Source of the DNA: Clostridia bacterium
GTDB taxonomy: Bacteria; Bacillota; Clostridia; TANB77; CAG-508
Direction of reading: 5' to 3'
Length of the DNA stretch: 64,000 nt
Assembly (NCBI GenBank): GCA_017613275.1
Contig: JAGAED010000017.1
Coordinates: 69,300 to 133,299, forward strand
Part shown: piece after piece, positions 38,113 through 46,429 of the stretch
Layout: each line of letters begins with the position of its first letter
How positions within the stretch are numbered: position 1 is the first letter of the stretch
Notes under the pieces: model-generated
What the model was told of the DNA's origin: nothing
The model's input: only the letters and a program-made list of their open reading frames with translations
Database searches by the model: none
Translations under genes and position numbers: made by a program

Positions 38113-38874
38113 ATGCAAAAAGAAGATATAATAAAAAACAAAAATGAAGCGATTAAAATGCTTAATAACTATTTAGATACGTGTGTTTCAAAAGATGGAA
38201 AATATCTAAAAAAAGCAAATTTGATTTCATATTGGTTAAAAGATTATGTTAGATATATAGAAAAAGAAGAAACTTTTAATAGTTCTAAACTAAAAAAATA
38301 TAGTAGAGGGGATATTATAAAAGTAAATTTAGGATTTAATGTTGGTAATGAAGAAGGGGGATTGCATTATTGTGTTGTTTTAGACATGATAAATGCTAGA
38401 AAATATTCAACATTAACTGTTATTCCATTGACTTCACAAAAAGAAAATAAAAGTATTCCAAAATCTGCAATATTAATTGGAACAGAGATTTATGATAAAT
38501 TATCATTAAAAAATAAAGCATTAAAAGAAAAGGCAAAGGAAAAATCAAAGAAACTAAGAAAAGAATTACAGGAAACTTTGAAGTTGCCAGAGAATAATGA
38601 AGATGAAAAATTACTAAAAAATGTGAAGCAAAATAATATAAATGATAAAATAAAATTATTAAATAATGATATTGACTTGATAAATAAAATTCAAGAAGAA
38701 ATATCACAAATGAAAAATGGAAGTGTTGCATTAGTGAATCAGATTACTACTATAAGTAAACAAAGAATATATAATCCTAAATTAGATATAGATGTTTTAT
38801 CTGGTATTAAGTTATCAAATGATAGTTTAAATTTAATAGATAAAAAATTAAAAGAACTATTTACTAAAAATTAA
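38113..38874 (+). CDS. MazF/PemK-fold protein with an N-terminal extension and a ~90-aa coiled-coil insertion
   Basis: RGDIIKVNLGFNVGNEEGGLHYCVVLD..TVIPLTS, then a Lys/Glu-rich insert, then GSVALVNQITTISKQRI. Confidence 0.55.
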   Translation: MQKEDIIKNKNEAIKMLNNYLDTCVSKDGKYLKKANLISYWLKDYVRYIEKEETFNSSKLKKYSRGDIIKVNLGFNVGNEEGGLHYCVVLDMINARKYSTLTVIPLTSQKENKSIPKSAILIGTEIYDKLSLKNKALKEKAKEKSKKLRKELQETLKLPENNEDEKLLKNVKQNNINDKIKLLNNDIDLINKIQEEISQMKNGSVALVNQITTISKQRIYNPKLDIDVLSGIKLSNDSLNLIDKKLKELFTKN

Positions 38875-38900
38875 TATTTAATGAAATTTGTATATTTAGG

Positions 38901-38929
38901 TTGACTAAGAACATATTATATAGTATAAT
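38901..38929 (+). promoter_or_regulatory. Near-consensus sigma-A promoter of an orphan short transcript
   Basis: TTGACT, 17 nt, TATAAT. Confidence 0.55.
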
Positions 38930-38935
38930 GTATTT

Positions 38936-39026
38936 AGAATACGTTAGCTGAACGATACATTTTGTATTAGCGTCAGCAATATTTAGAATACGTTTATCCC
39001 TCATTTTAAAAGTGAGGGATTTTTTA
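38936..39026 (+). ncRNA. Candidate ~90-nt small RNA (promoter to intrinsic terminator, no ORF)
   Basis: Two copies of tatttagaatacgtt (38931-38945, 38980-38994) flank a hairpin. Terminator atccctca-ttttaaaag-tgagggat plus a T-tract. Confidence 0.35.
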
Positions 39027-39092
39027 TTTCTAAAAATAACCATTGACAAAATTCGCTTAAAACTATAATATAAATATGTGAAAAAACAATTA

Positions 39093-39110
39093 TTGTCAAA
39101 TTTTTGACAA
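39093..39110. promoter_or_regulatory. Rex-type operator upstream of the hydrogenase operon
   Basis: TTGTCAA-ATTT-TTGACAA fits TTGTnAA-N4-TTnACAA. It lies between a candidate promoter (TTGACA 39043, TATAAT 39064) and the hydC start. Confidence 0.45.
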
Positions 39111-39123
39111 GAGGGAGAAAAGT

Positions 39124-39648
39124 ATGGAAAACGAAGGAAAATTAGAGTACACAAAAATCGTGGAAAATGAAGAAAATAAAGTATGTAAATGTAAAGATAA
39201 GTTTTTAGAAAATTTATTTAAAATATATCAACCAATTAAAGATAATTTAATTCAAATGTTAAACGAAATTCAAGACCATTATGGCTATGTACCAATGGAT
39301 GTACAAAAGGAACTTTCAGAGTTTTTAAAAGTGCCAATGGCAGAAATATATGGAGTTGTAACTTTTTATTCAAGATTTACCCTAAAACCAAAAGGAAAAT
39401 ATAGTATTTCAGTATGTTTGGGAACAGCATGCTATGTTAAAGGCGCTCAAAAAATTATGGATAGATTACAAGAACGCTTAAAAATTGGCGAAGGGGAAAC
39501 AACAGAAGATGGCAAATTTTCTATCGAAGCTCAAAGATGTGTTGGAGCGTGTGGCTTAGCGCCAGTTTTCACTGTAAATGGTAAAGTTTACGGCAAAGCT
39601 ACTGTTAAGTTACTTGACTCAGTCCTTGATGAATTGGAGGGAAAATAG
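39124..39648 (+). CDS. hydC: NADH-dependent [FeFe] hydrogenase, NuoE-like 2Fe-2S subunit
   Basis: NuoE/thioredoxin-like 2Fe-2S pattern (C..C...C.GAC) and operon context. Confidence 0.8.
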   Translation: MENEGKLEYTKIVENEENKVCKCKDKFLENLFKIYQPIKDNLIQMLNEIQDHYGYVPMDVQKELSEFLKVPMAEIYGVVTFYSRFTLKPKGKYSISVCLGTACYVKGAQKIMDRLQERLKIGEGETTEDGKFSIEAQRCVGACGLAPVFTVNGKVYGKATVKLLDSVLDELEGK

Positions 39649-41505
39649 ATGAAAACCTTAGAAGAGATAAATAAAATTAGAGAAGAAAAAAGAAAAGAAT
39701 TAGATTTGCGTGTAAACACAAAACTAGACACACGTGAAAAACATATATTAGTATGCCATGGAACAGGCTGTACATCTTCTTGTTCACCAGAAATTTTAGA
39801 AACATTCAGAAAGATTTTAAAAGAAAAAAATATAGAAAATGTGCGTGTTATAAAAACAGGCTGCTTTGGGCTATGTGCTAAAGGTCCAATAGTAATAATC
39901 AGACCAGAAGACACATTCTATGCAATGGTTAAGCCATCAGATTGCGAAGAAATAATCCAAAAACATATAATAGAAGGCGAAGTTGTTCAAAGACTTTTAT
40001 GCAAAGACATTGATGGCAAAAAGGTTCAAAGCCTTGATGAACTTACATTCTACAAAAAACAAAAAAGAATTGCACTTAAAAATTGTGGTGTAATAAATCC
40101 AGAAGAAATTGACGAATACATAGCATTTGACGGTTACAAAGCATTAGAAAAAGTTCTAAAAGAAATGACACCAGACGAAGTAATTGCAGAGGTTTCTAAA
40201 TCTGGCTTGAGAGGCCGTGGCGGTGCAGGTTTCCCAACAGGCAAAAAATGGGAACTAACAAAAGTTAACGAAGCAGATCAAAAATATGTTGTTTGTAATG
40301 CAGACGAAGGCGACCCAGGAGCTTTCATGGATAGAAGTATCTTGGAAGGTGACCCACATAGCGTTTTAGAAGCAATGATGATAGCAGGGTATGCAATTGG
40401 AGCGACGAAGGGATTTATCTATGTTAGAGCCGAATATCCAATAGCTGTAAAAAGATTCCAAATTGCAATTGATCAAGCAAGAGAATATGGGATTTTAGGC
40501 AAGAATATATTTGGAACAGATTTTGAATTTGATGTAGAAATTCGTTTAGGAGCTGGAGCTTTCGTTTGTGGAGAAGAAACAGCGCTATTAGAATCAATTG
40601 AAGGGAAACGTGGTCAACCTAGAGTAAAACCACCATATCCAGCAGTTGCAGGTTTATGGGGAAAACCAACTTTAATAAATAATGTTGAAACTTATGCTAA
40701 TATTACTAGAATAATTCTAAATGGAGCAGATTGGTATTCTTCAATCGGTACAGAAAATTCAAAAGGTACAAAAGTATTCGCACTAGGTGGAAATGTAAAT
40801 AATATAGGCCTGGTAGAAGTACCAATGGGAACAACTTTAAGAGAAATCGTATATGACATTGGTGGTGGAATACCAAATAATAGAGATTTTAAAGCAGCAC
40901 AAACAGGTGGGCCATCTGGCGGATGCATTCCAGCACAATACTTAGATACACCAATTGACTATGAATCTTTAAAAGAGATCGGTTCAATGATGGGTTCTGG
41001 TGGAATGATTATAATGGATGACACAAAATGTATGGTTAACTTATCAAAATTCTATTTAGAATTCACAGTAAGTGAAAGCTGCGGAAAATGTACACCTTGT
41101 AGAATTGGTACAAAGAGGATGCTTGAAATTCTTGAAAAACTTTGTAACGGTAAAGGTGAATTAGAAGATATAGACAAGCTAGAAAAACTAGCTCATAACA
41201 TTATAAAATCAAGCGTTTGCGGATTAGGACAAACAGCACCAAATCCAGTTTTAAGTTCTCTAAAATATTTTAGAGATGAGTTTATAGAGCATGCAGTTGA
41301 TAAAAATTGTAGAACTAAAGAATGTAAGGCGATTTCTAAAATTATGATTAATCAAGATATCTGTAAGTCTTGTGGTTTATGCCAAAAGGTTTGTCCTGTT
41401 GGTGCTATTAAAGGCGAACTTAGAGATAAAAGAGAAATTGACCAAACTAAATGTATTAAATGTGGAACTTGTCTAGCTAGTTGCCCATTTAAAGCTATAA
41501 ATTAA
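39649..41505 (+). CDS. hydB: NADH-dependent [FeFe] hydrogenase, NuoF-like flavoprotein subunit
   Basis: [20 protein letters not shown] motif, SCGKCTPCR, and two C-terminal CxxCxxCxxxCP ferredoxin motifs. Confidence 0.85.
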   Translation: MKTLEEINKIREEKRKELDLRVNTKLDTREKHILVCHGTGCTSSCSPEILETFRKILKEKNIENVRVIKTGCFGLCAKGPIVIIRPEDTFYAMVKPSDCEEIIQKHIIEGEVVQRLLCKDIDGKKVQSLDELTFYKKQKRIALKNCGVINPEEIDEYIAFDGYKALEKVLKEMTPDEVIAEVSKSGLRGRGGAGFPTGKKWELTKVNEADQKYVVCNADEGDPGAFMDRSILEGDPHSVLEAMMIAGYAIGATKGFIYVRAEYPIAVKRFQIAIDQAREYGILGKNIFGTDFEFDVEIRLGAGAFVCGEETALLESIEGKRGQPRVKPPYPAVAGLWGKPTLINNVETYANITRIILNGADWYSSIGTENSKGTKVFALGGNVNNIGLVEVPMGTTLREIVYDIGGGIPNNRDFKAAQTGGPSGGCIPAQYLDTPIDYESLKEIGSMMGSGGMIIMDDTKCMVNLSKFYLEFTVSESCGKCTPCRIGTKRMLEILEKLCNGKGELEDIDKLEKLAHNIIKSSVCGLGQTAPNPVLSSLKYFRDEFIEHAVDKNCRTKECKAISKIMINQDICKSCGLCQKVCPVGAIKGELRDKREIDQTKCIKCGTCLASCPFKAIN

Positions 41506-41522
41506 AAGGATAGGAGAAAAAA

Positions 41523-42350
41523 ATGCATCCCATAGCTAATAAAAATTATGATTTTCTTTTTGTTGAACCAGAAGCAGAACCAAGGAAAATGGTAAAAGAG
41601 ATTAATATTATGATGGGAGAATATCAGGATGTTAAGGAATTAAAGAAAAAACTTGTAGAAAAATATGGTGATGAGATATTTGATTTTTCATATATGAATG
41701 AACTAATTGACAGACTAAATTCAATTGAAAACATTTTTGATACTAGCGAAATTGTAGAAGAAATTTCGTATATACAGAATGTCAAAAGTTTGTTAAATCA
41801 CCAAACGGGTGAGTTTGAAATTGTTGCAGAACAAGGATTAGTTCATTTTTCTGATATAAACTCGTTTATTAAAACCCTTGGTAATGGCGAAAAATCCGAA
41901 AAAGTAACACAATATTTAAAAAGGGTATCTAGTTTAAATGAAAGAATACACCATTGCCATGCAGAATCTATAAATCTTGCAATTATTCTAGAAAAAGAAT
42001 ATAAAATTCCTTGTAAAGTGGTTACAGGTTATACAAGTTACTTTGTTTCAAAAAATAGGTATCTACACACATGGAATGAATTAAACATTGATGGAAATGA
42101 ATATGTAATTGACTCAACAATGAATACTTTTATAAATAAAGAGGGGTATTACCTATTAAGAAACATAAATGAAAAAGAAAATATCTCAACAATAAATTCT
42201 GACATTATTGTTGAAGATATTGAAAAAAATAGAGATCTTTTAGATGAAATAGATTTAAAGTCATATCTTACATGTAGAGATGAAATTATAAATGAATATA
42301 AGGCTAAAAGTCAGGTATTAAAAAAATCTAATGAAGGAGACGAAAGATAA
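41523..42350 (+). CDS. Transglutaminase-like cysteine peptidase-fold protein
   Basis: CHAESINLAIILEKEYKIPCKVVTGY ... LHTWNEL..NEYVIDST gives the Cys-His-Asp order of the transglutaminase core. Confidence 0.6.
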   Translation: MHPIANKNYDFLFVEPEAEPRKMVKEINIMMGEYQDVKELKKKLVEKYGDEIFDFSYMNELIDRLNSIENIFDTSEIVEEISYIQNVKSLLNHQTGEFEIVAEQGLVHFSDINSFIKTLGNGEKSEKVTQYLKRVSSLNERIHHCHAESINLAIILEKEYKIPCKVVTGYTSYFVSKNRYLHTWNELNIDGNEYVIDSTMNTFINKEGYYLLRNINEKENISTINSDIIVEDIEKNRDLLDEIDLKSYLTCRDEIINEYKAKSQVLKKSNEGDER

Positions 42351-44104
42351 TGGAAAAAAATCTTGTTAATTTAATAATAGATGGAAAATCTATTCAAGTA
42401 GAACAAGGAAAAACAATATTAGAGGCAGCAAGAGAAAATGGAATAGACATCCCAACACTTTGCTTTTTAAAAGATATAAACGAAGTTGGAGATTGTAGAG
42501 TTTGCCTTGTACAAATTGAAGGTAGACGCGGTTTTGCAACTTCTTGTATTCAAAAGGTTGAAGAAGGAATGGTTGTACATACTAACACAGAAGAGGTTTT
42601 GGAAGCAAGAAAAGTTGTGCTAGATTTAATTATTTCAAACCACAAAGTTGATTGTTTAACTTGTGTTAGAAATGGAAATTGTGAACTTCAGAATTTGGCA
42701 AAACAATTTAATATGACAGATATTGAATTTGCAGGTGTAAGAAATGAACACGAAATAGATGATAAATCTCCATCAATTGTTAGAGATTTTAGTAAATGTA
42801 TTTTATGTCGTAGATGTGTTGCAACTTGTAAAAAAGTACAAGGCGTTGGTGCCATAGATACAATAAATAGAGGATTTGAATCTTGTGTTTCCACAGTTGA
42901 AAATAAGAGCTTAAATGATGTTAATTGTACATTTTGCGGTCAATGTATCCAAAATTGTCCAACAGGAGCCTTACGTGAAAAAGACTCTACAGGTGAAGTA
43001 TGGAGAAAATTAAGAGATCCAGAAACTTATGTAATAGCTCAAACTGCACCAGCTGTAAGAGCTGCTTTAGGCGAAGAATTTGGAATGGAAGTTGGCACAA
43101 ATGTAACAGGAAAAATGGTTACAGCCCTTAACAAACTTGGATTTGACAAAGTATTTGATACAAATACAGGTGCTGACATCACAATAATGGAAGAGGCAAA
43201 TGAATTTATAGAAAGAATTCAAGAGAATGATGTATTACCAATGATTACATCTTGCAGCCCAGGTTGGGTAAGATATATAGAAATGAATTATCCAGAACTA
43301 TTACCACATGTTTCAAGTTGTAAATCTCCACATGAAATGTTTGGGGCATTATTAAAAACATACTATGCAAAAAAAGAAGGAATAGATCCACAAAAAATAT
43401 TTGTAGTTTCAGTAATGCCTTGTATTGCTAAGAAATTTGAACGCCAAAGAACAGAAATGCAAAATGATGGATTATATGATGTTGATAGTGTTATTACAAC
43501 AAGAGAATTAGCAAGAATGATAAAACAAGCAAATATTGACTTTGTAGGACTAGAAGACTCTGAATTTGATAGTCCAATGGGTGAAGCAACAGGAGCAGCT
43601 GCAATATTTGGAACAACAGGTGGAGTAATGGAAGCAGCTCTAAGAACTGCACAGGACACATTAACAGGAGAAGATTTAAAAGAAATTAATTTTGAGGCAG
43701 TTCGTGGTGGAGAAGGAATAAAAAGAGCAACAGTTGAAATTGCTGGAAAGGAAATAAAGGTTGTTGCAGCAAGTGGATTAGCAAATGCACAAAAAATATT
43801 AGAAGAAATAAAATCAGGAAAAGCAGACTATCAATTTGTAGAAATAATGGCTTGCCCAGGTGGATGCATAATGGGGGGAGGTCAACCTATAAAAACATCA
43901 AAAGAGCGCATGGAAAAAGACATTAGAAAATTAAGAGCTGATTGCTTATATTCAATAGATGAAAAAAGCACAATTAGAAAATCACACGAAAACCCAGCAG
44001 TAAAGAAGATATACGAAGAATTCCTGGAAAAACCAGGAAGTTACAGAGCACATAAATTGCTACATACAAAATACTTTAAAAGAAATAAATATAACTTTGA
44101 ATAA
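42350..44104 (+). CDS. hydA: [FeFe] hydrogenase catalytic subunit (group A, multimeric type)
   Basis: N-terminal 2Fe-2S and 4Fe-4S domains plus H-cluster motifs TSCSPGW, MPCIAKKFE and EIMACPGGCIMGGGQP. Confidence 0.9.
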   Translation: MEKNLVNLIIDGKSIQVEQGKTILEAARENGIDIPTLCFLKDINEVGDCRVCLVQIEGRRGFATSCIQKVEEGMVVHTNTEEVLEARKVVLDLIISNHKVDCLTCVRNGNCELQNLAKQFNMTDIEFAGVRNEHEIDDKSPSIVRDFSKCILCRRCVATCKKVQGVGAIDTINRGFESCVSTVENKSLNDVNCTFCGQCIQNCPTGALREKDSTGEVWRKLRDPETYVIAQTAPAVRAALGEEFGMEVGTNVTGKMVTALNKLGFDKVFDTNTGADITIMEEANEFIERIQENDVLPMITSCSPGWVRYIEMNYPELLPHVSSCKSPHEMFGALLKTYYAKKEGIDPQKIFVVSVMPCIAKKFERQRTEMQNDGLYDVDSVITTRELARMIKQANIDFVGLEDSEFDSPMGEATGAAAIFGTTGGVMEAALRTAQDTLTGEDLKEINFEAVRGGEGIKRATVEIAGKEIKVVAASGLANAQKILEEIKSGKADYQFVEIMACPGGCIMGGGQPIKTSKERMEKDIRKLRADCLYSIDEKSTIRKSHENPAVKKIYEEFLEKPGSYRAHKLLHTKYFKRNKYNFE

Positions 44105-44245
44105 TAAAAATTTAAAAAATAGATAAAAGCCAAAACGCTTTTATCTTTTTTTTAGGGACGTGTACAAAAAATTTAAAAAAATTTTGAAAAAGGTCTATAC
44201 AATTTTTTTTTATTATGTTATAATTAGAAAAGTTTGAAATCAGAT

Positions 44246-44320
44246 AGGGGTATAGTGTCAATGGTAGCACATCGGTCTCCAAAACCGCCTGTGAGGGTTC
44301 GAGTCCTTCTACCCCTGCCA
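44246..44320 (+). tRNA. trnW: tRNA-Trp (anticodon CCA at 44279-44281), CCA end encoded
   Basis: Acceptor aggggta/tacccct, anticodon loop ctCCAaa, T-arm gggttcgagtcc. Very close to Bacillus tRNA-Trp. Confidence 0.9.
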
Positions 44321-44389
44321 TTTTTTTATTTTAAAAATCAAATTAAAATTAAATCTTTAAAAAATTCCTATAAAAAATATATATAATCA

Positions 44390-44582
44390 TCATAATATTA
44401 ATATTTTTTGCCCTTGTCGTCGCAACCTTCAATCTTAAAATTACCACAAACTGACAATTTCTAATAGCTCGTCGCTCACTATAAGAAATTGTATGTTTGT
44501 ACTAATTCTGCTGAGGGTTGCTCCAGTTCGCACTCACTACGTTCGTTTGGCGCTTTCGCGGGCTTCAAAATATTATATTATG
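44390..44582 (-). repeat. Structured intergenic repeat, A/B family, copy B2
   Basis: Near-identical to 35784-35978, lying ~70 nt downstream of tRNA-Trp. Confidence 0.75.
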
Positions 44583-44656
44583 ATTTAATATATAATTTAT
44601 TTGAAATATAAAAAGGAGCTGATATTATAAAACAATTTAGAATATTAATAATAACT

Positions 44657-45214
44657 TTGCTTTTAATGGTATTTTTAATACCTATCTTTTTTGTACCTAC
44701 AGTTTTAGGTGTCCAATCAAATTCACAAAATACAAATATTGAAGAAGGAGAAATAATACAAAAAAATCCCAATGGCTTTGTATGGCCTTTGCCAGGGTAC
44801 ACAAGAATAAGCTCACCTTTTGGCAAAAGAGTGTCTCCAACAACGGGAGCTTCAAGTTCACATTCTGGAATAGATATCCCAGCACCACCGGGAACTAAAT
44901 TTATAGCCGTAAATGATGGAGTAATCACGTTTAGGCAATTTTTAGGAGCTGGGGGATACACTATTACTCTTTCTTTTGATAATTTTAAAGTTTCTTATTG
45001 CCATTGTGATCCGAATTTTATTGTAGAAGTTGGTCAGGAAGTTAAACAGGGACAAGTCATTGGAATGGTTGGACCTAAAAATGTTTATGGTGTTCCTGGA
45101 AATATTTATTTTGATTCAGATGGAAATCCTACAAACGGCGCTACAACTGGACCACATCTTCATCTAGGAATACGCATTGATGGAGCATATCAAAATCCAT
45201 TAAATTTTTTCTAA
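44657..45214 (+). CDS. Secreted M23 (LytM-type) peptidase
   Basis: HSGIDI and GPHLHLGI motifs plus a signal peptide. The true start may lie slightly upstream at a non-ATG codon. Confidence 0.8.
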   Translation: MLLMVFLIPIFFVPTVLGVQSNSQNTNIEEGEIIQKNPNGFVWPLPGYTRISSPFGKRVSPTTGASSSHSGIDIPAPPGTKFIAVNDGVITFRQFLGAGGYTITLSFDNFKVSYCHCDPNFIVEVGQEVKQGQVIGMVGPKNVYGVPGNIYFDSDGNPTNGATTGPHLHLGIRIDGAYQNPLNFF

Positions 45215-45221
45215 AGTACAT

Positions 45222-45350
45222 GTACAATATTATTATTTTCCGCAACTCCCAACTGCATAAGAAACCCTAAATCAAAATTTTAAAAATTTTGATAAGGCTT
45301 TCTAATTTGTCGGTCCCCACGACTGTTGCCTGAAAATAATAATATTGTAC
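45222..45350. repeat. Long imperfect palindrome with a 19-bp perfect AT-rich outer stem
   Basis: gtacaatattattattttc ... gaaaataataatattgtac. Inner stem atcaaaatttt/aaaattttgat. Same-strand C-rich boxes (actcccaac, gtccccacg). Confidence 0.7.
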
Positions 45351-45411
45351 TTTTAATTTTTATAAAAGTATAAAATTCTAAAGTTAGAATATATTTTAAA
45401 AGGTGATTTTT

Positions 45412-46266
45412 ATGTATTATATAGAAGAAACTGACAAGCCATACGGTGGCTTCACAAAGATATTTCCAAAGGTTAATTTAAAAGAAAATATTATTTCTAT
45501 TGATGGACTAAGTGAAGAAGTGAAAGAAAAGAAAACAATTAAAATGGCACAAAAAACAGACAAGATTTTAAAAAAATCAAAAAGCAACAAAATTGTTCTA
45601 AGCAAAAATGGTCAAAAAAATGAAGTCTTTAAAAATATGCTGTTTACCTATGGTTATGATATTGTGGAAGGAAAATGGCTTTTTGAAGGGTTAAGTTCGC
45701 ATGTAATTGATTATATAGTAAAAAAGAAAAACATTAAAAAGGAAGAATCTTACATTTCAGTATTGGTAAATGAATTGTCAGACTATACATTGCAAAATAT
45801 TAAAAAGTTTGCAAATGAATTTAAATCTTTGAATATAGTAACAAATCATATTGATAAATTTAAGAAAATCGAAAAGCAAATTCTTGACGAAAGTGGGCTT
45901 ATAGTAACTATTACCAACAATAAAAAGAAAAGTCTATTAAAATCTAAAATAATTCTAAATATCGATTTTCCAAATGAAACGATAAACAAATATAATATAA
46001 AAGAAGATGCAATTATAATAAGTATTTTAAAGAATATCAAAATAAATAAGAAAAGATTTAATGGACTTGTTGTGAATAATTATGAAATAAAAGTAAATGA
46101 TGATGTCCTTGATGCTAATATTATTAAAAGTATTGATAAATACTACACTGCACAGGCTTACGAGGCAAGTTTCTATAAAAAAATGACTTTTGCAGACTTT
46201 TCTAAGAAAATAAAAAAAGATGGTTGTGAGATAAATCGACTATATAGTATAAATGGAGTATTATAA
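45412..46266 (+). CDS. Hypothetical protein (284 aa, Lys-rich)
   Basis: ORF with AGGTGA 6 nt upstream of ATG 45412. No motif recognised. Confidence 0.5.
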   Translation: MYYIEETDKPYGGFTKIFPKVNLKENIISIDGLSEEVKEKKTIKMAQKTDKILKKSKSNKIVLSKNGQKNEVFKNMLFTYGYDIVEGKWLFEGLSSHVIDYIVKKKNIKKEESYISVLVNELSDYTLQNIKKFANEFKSLNIVTNHIDKFKKIEKQILDESGLIVTITNNKKKSLLKSKIILNIDFPNETINKYNIKEDAIIISILKNIKINKKRFNGLVVNNYEIKVNDDVLDANIIKSIDKYYTAQAYEASFYKKMTFADFSKKIKKDGCEINRLYSINGVL

Positions 46267-46429
46267 GACTTTTAAAAGAAAATTGCATTTTTATTAACAA
46301 AAGCTTTATTTTTTAAAACTTTTGTTATATAATGTAGATGTTGAAATTCGATTTATTTGAAATATCGAAATGACGCAGTATAAATAGAATTATCTATTAA
46401 AAAATGACTTGGAAAGGAAGGATAATAAA

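Noticed and set aside
44112-44321. 69-aa minus-strand ORF
   Set aside because: It overlaps the tRNA-Trp gene. The tRNA call is far better supported.
44246-45350. Integrated element at tRNA-Trp
   Set aside because: There is no integrase, no duplicated tRNA 3' end and no phage genes. Only repeats and an ordinary M23 peptidase gene are present.
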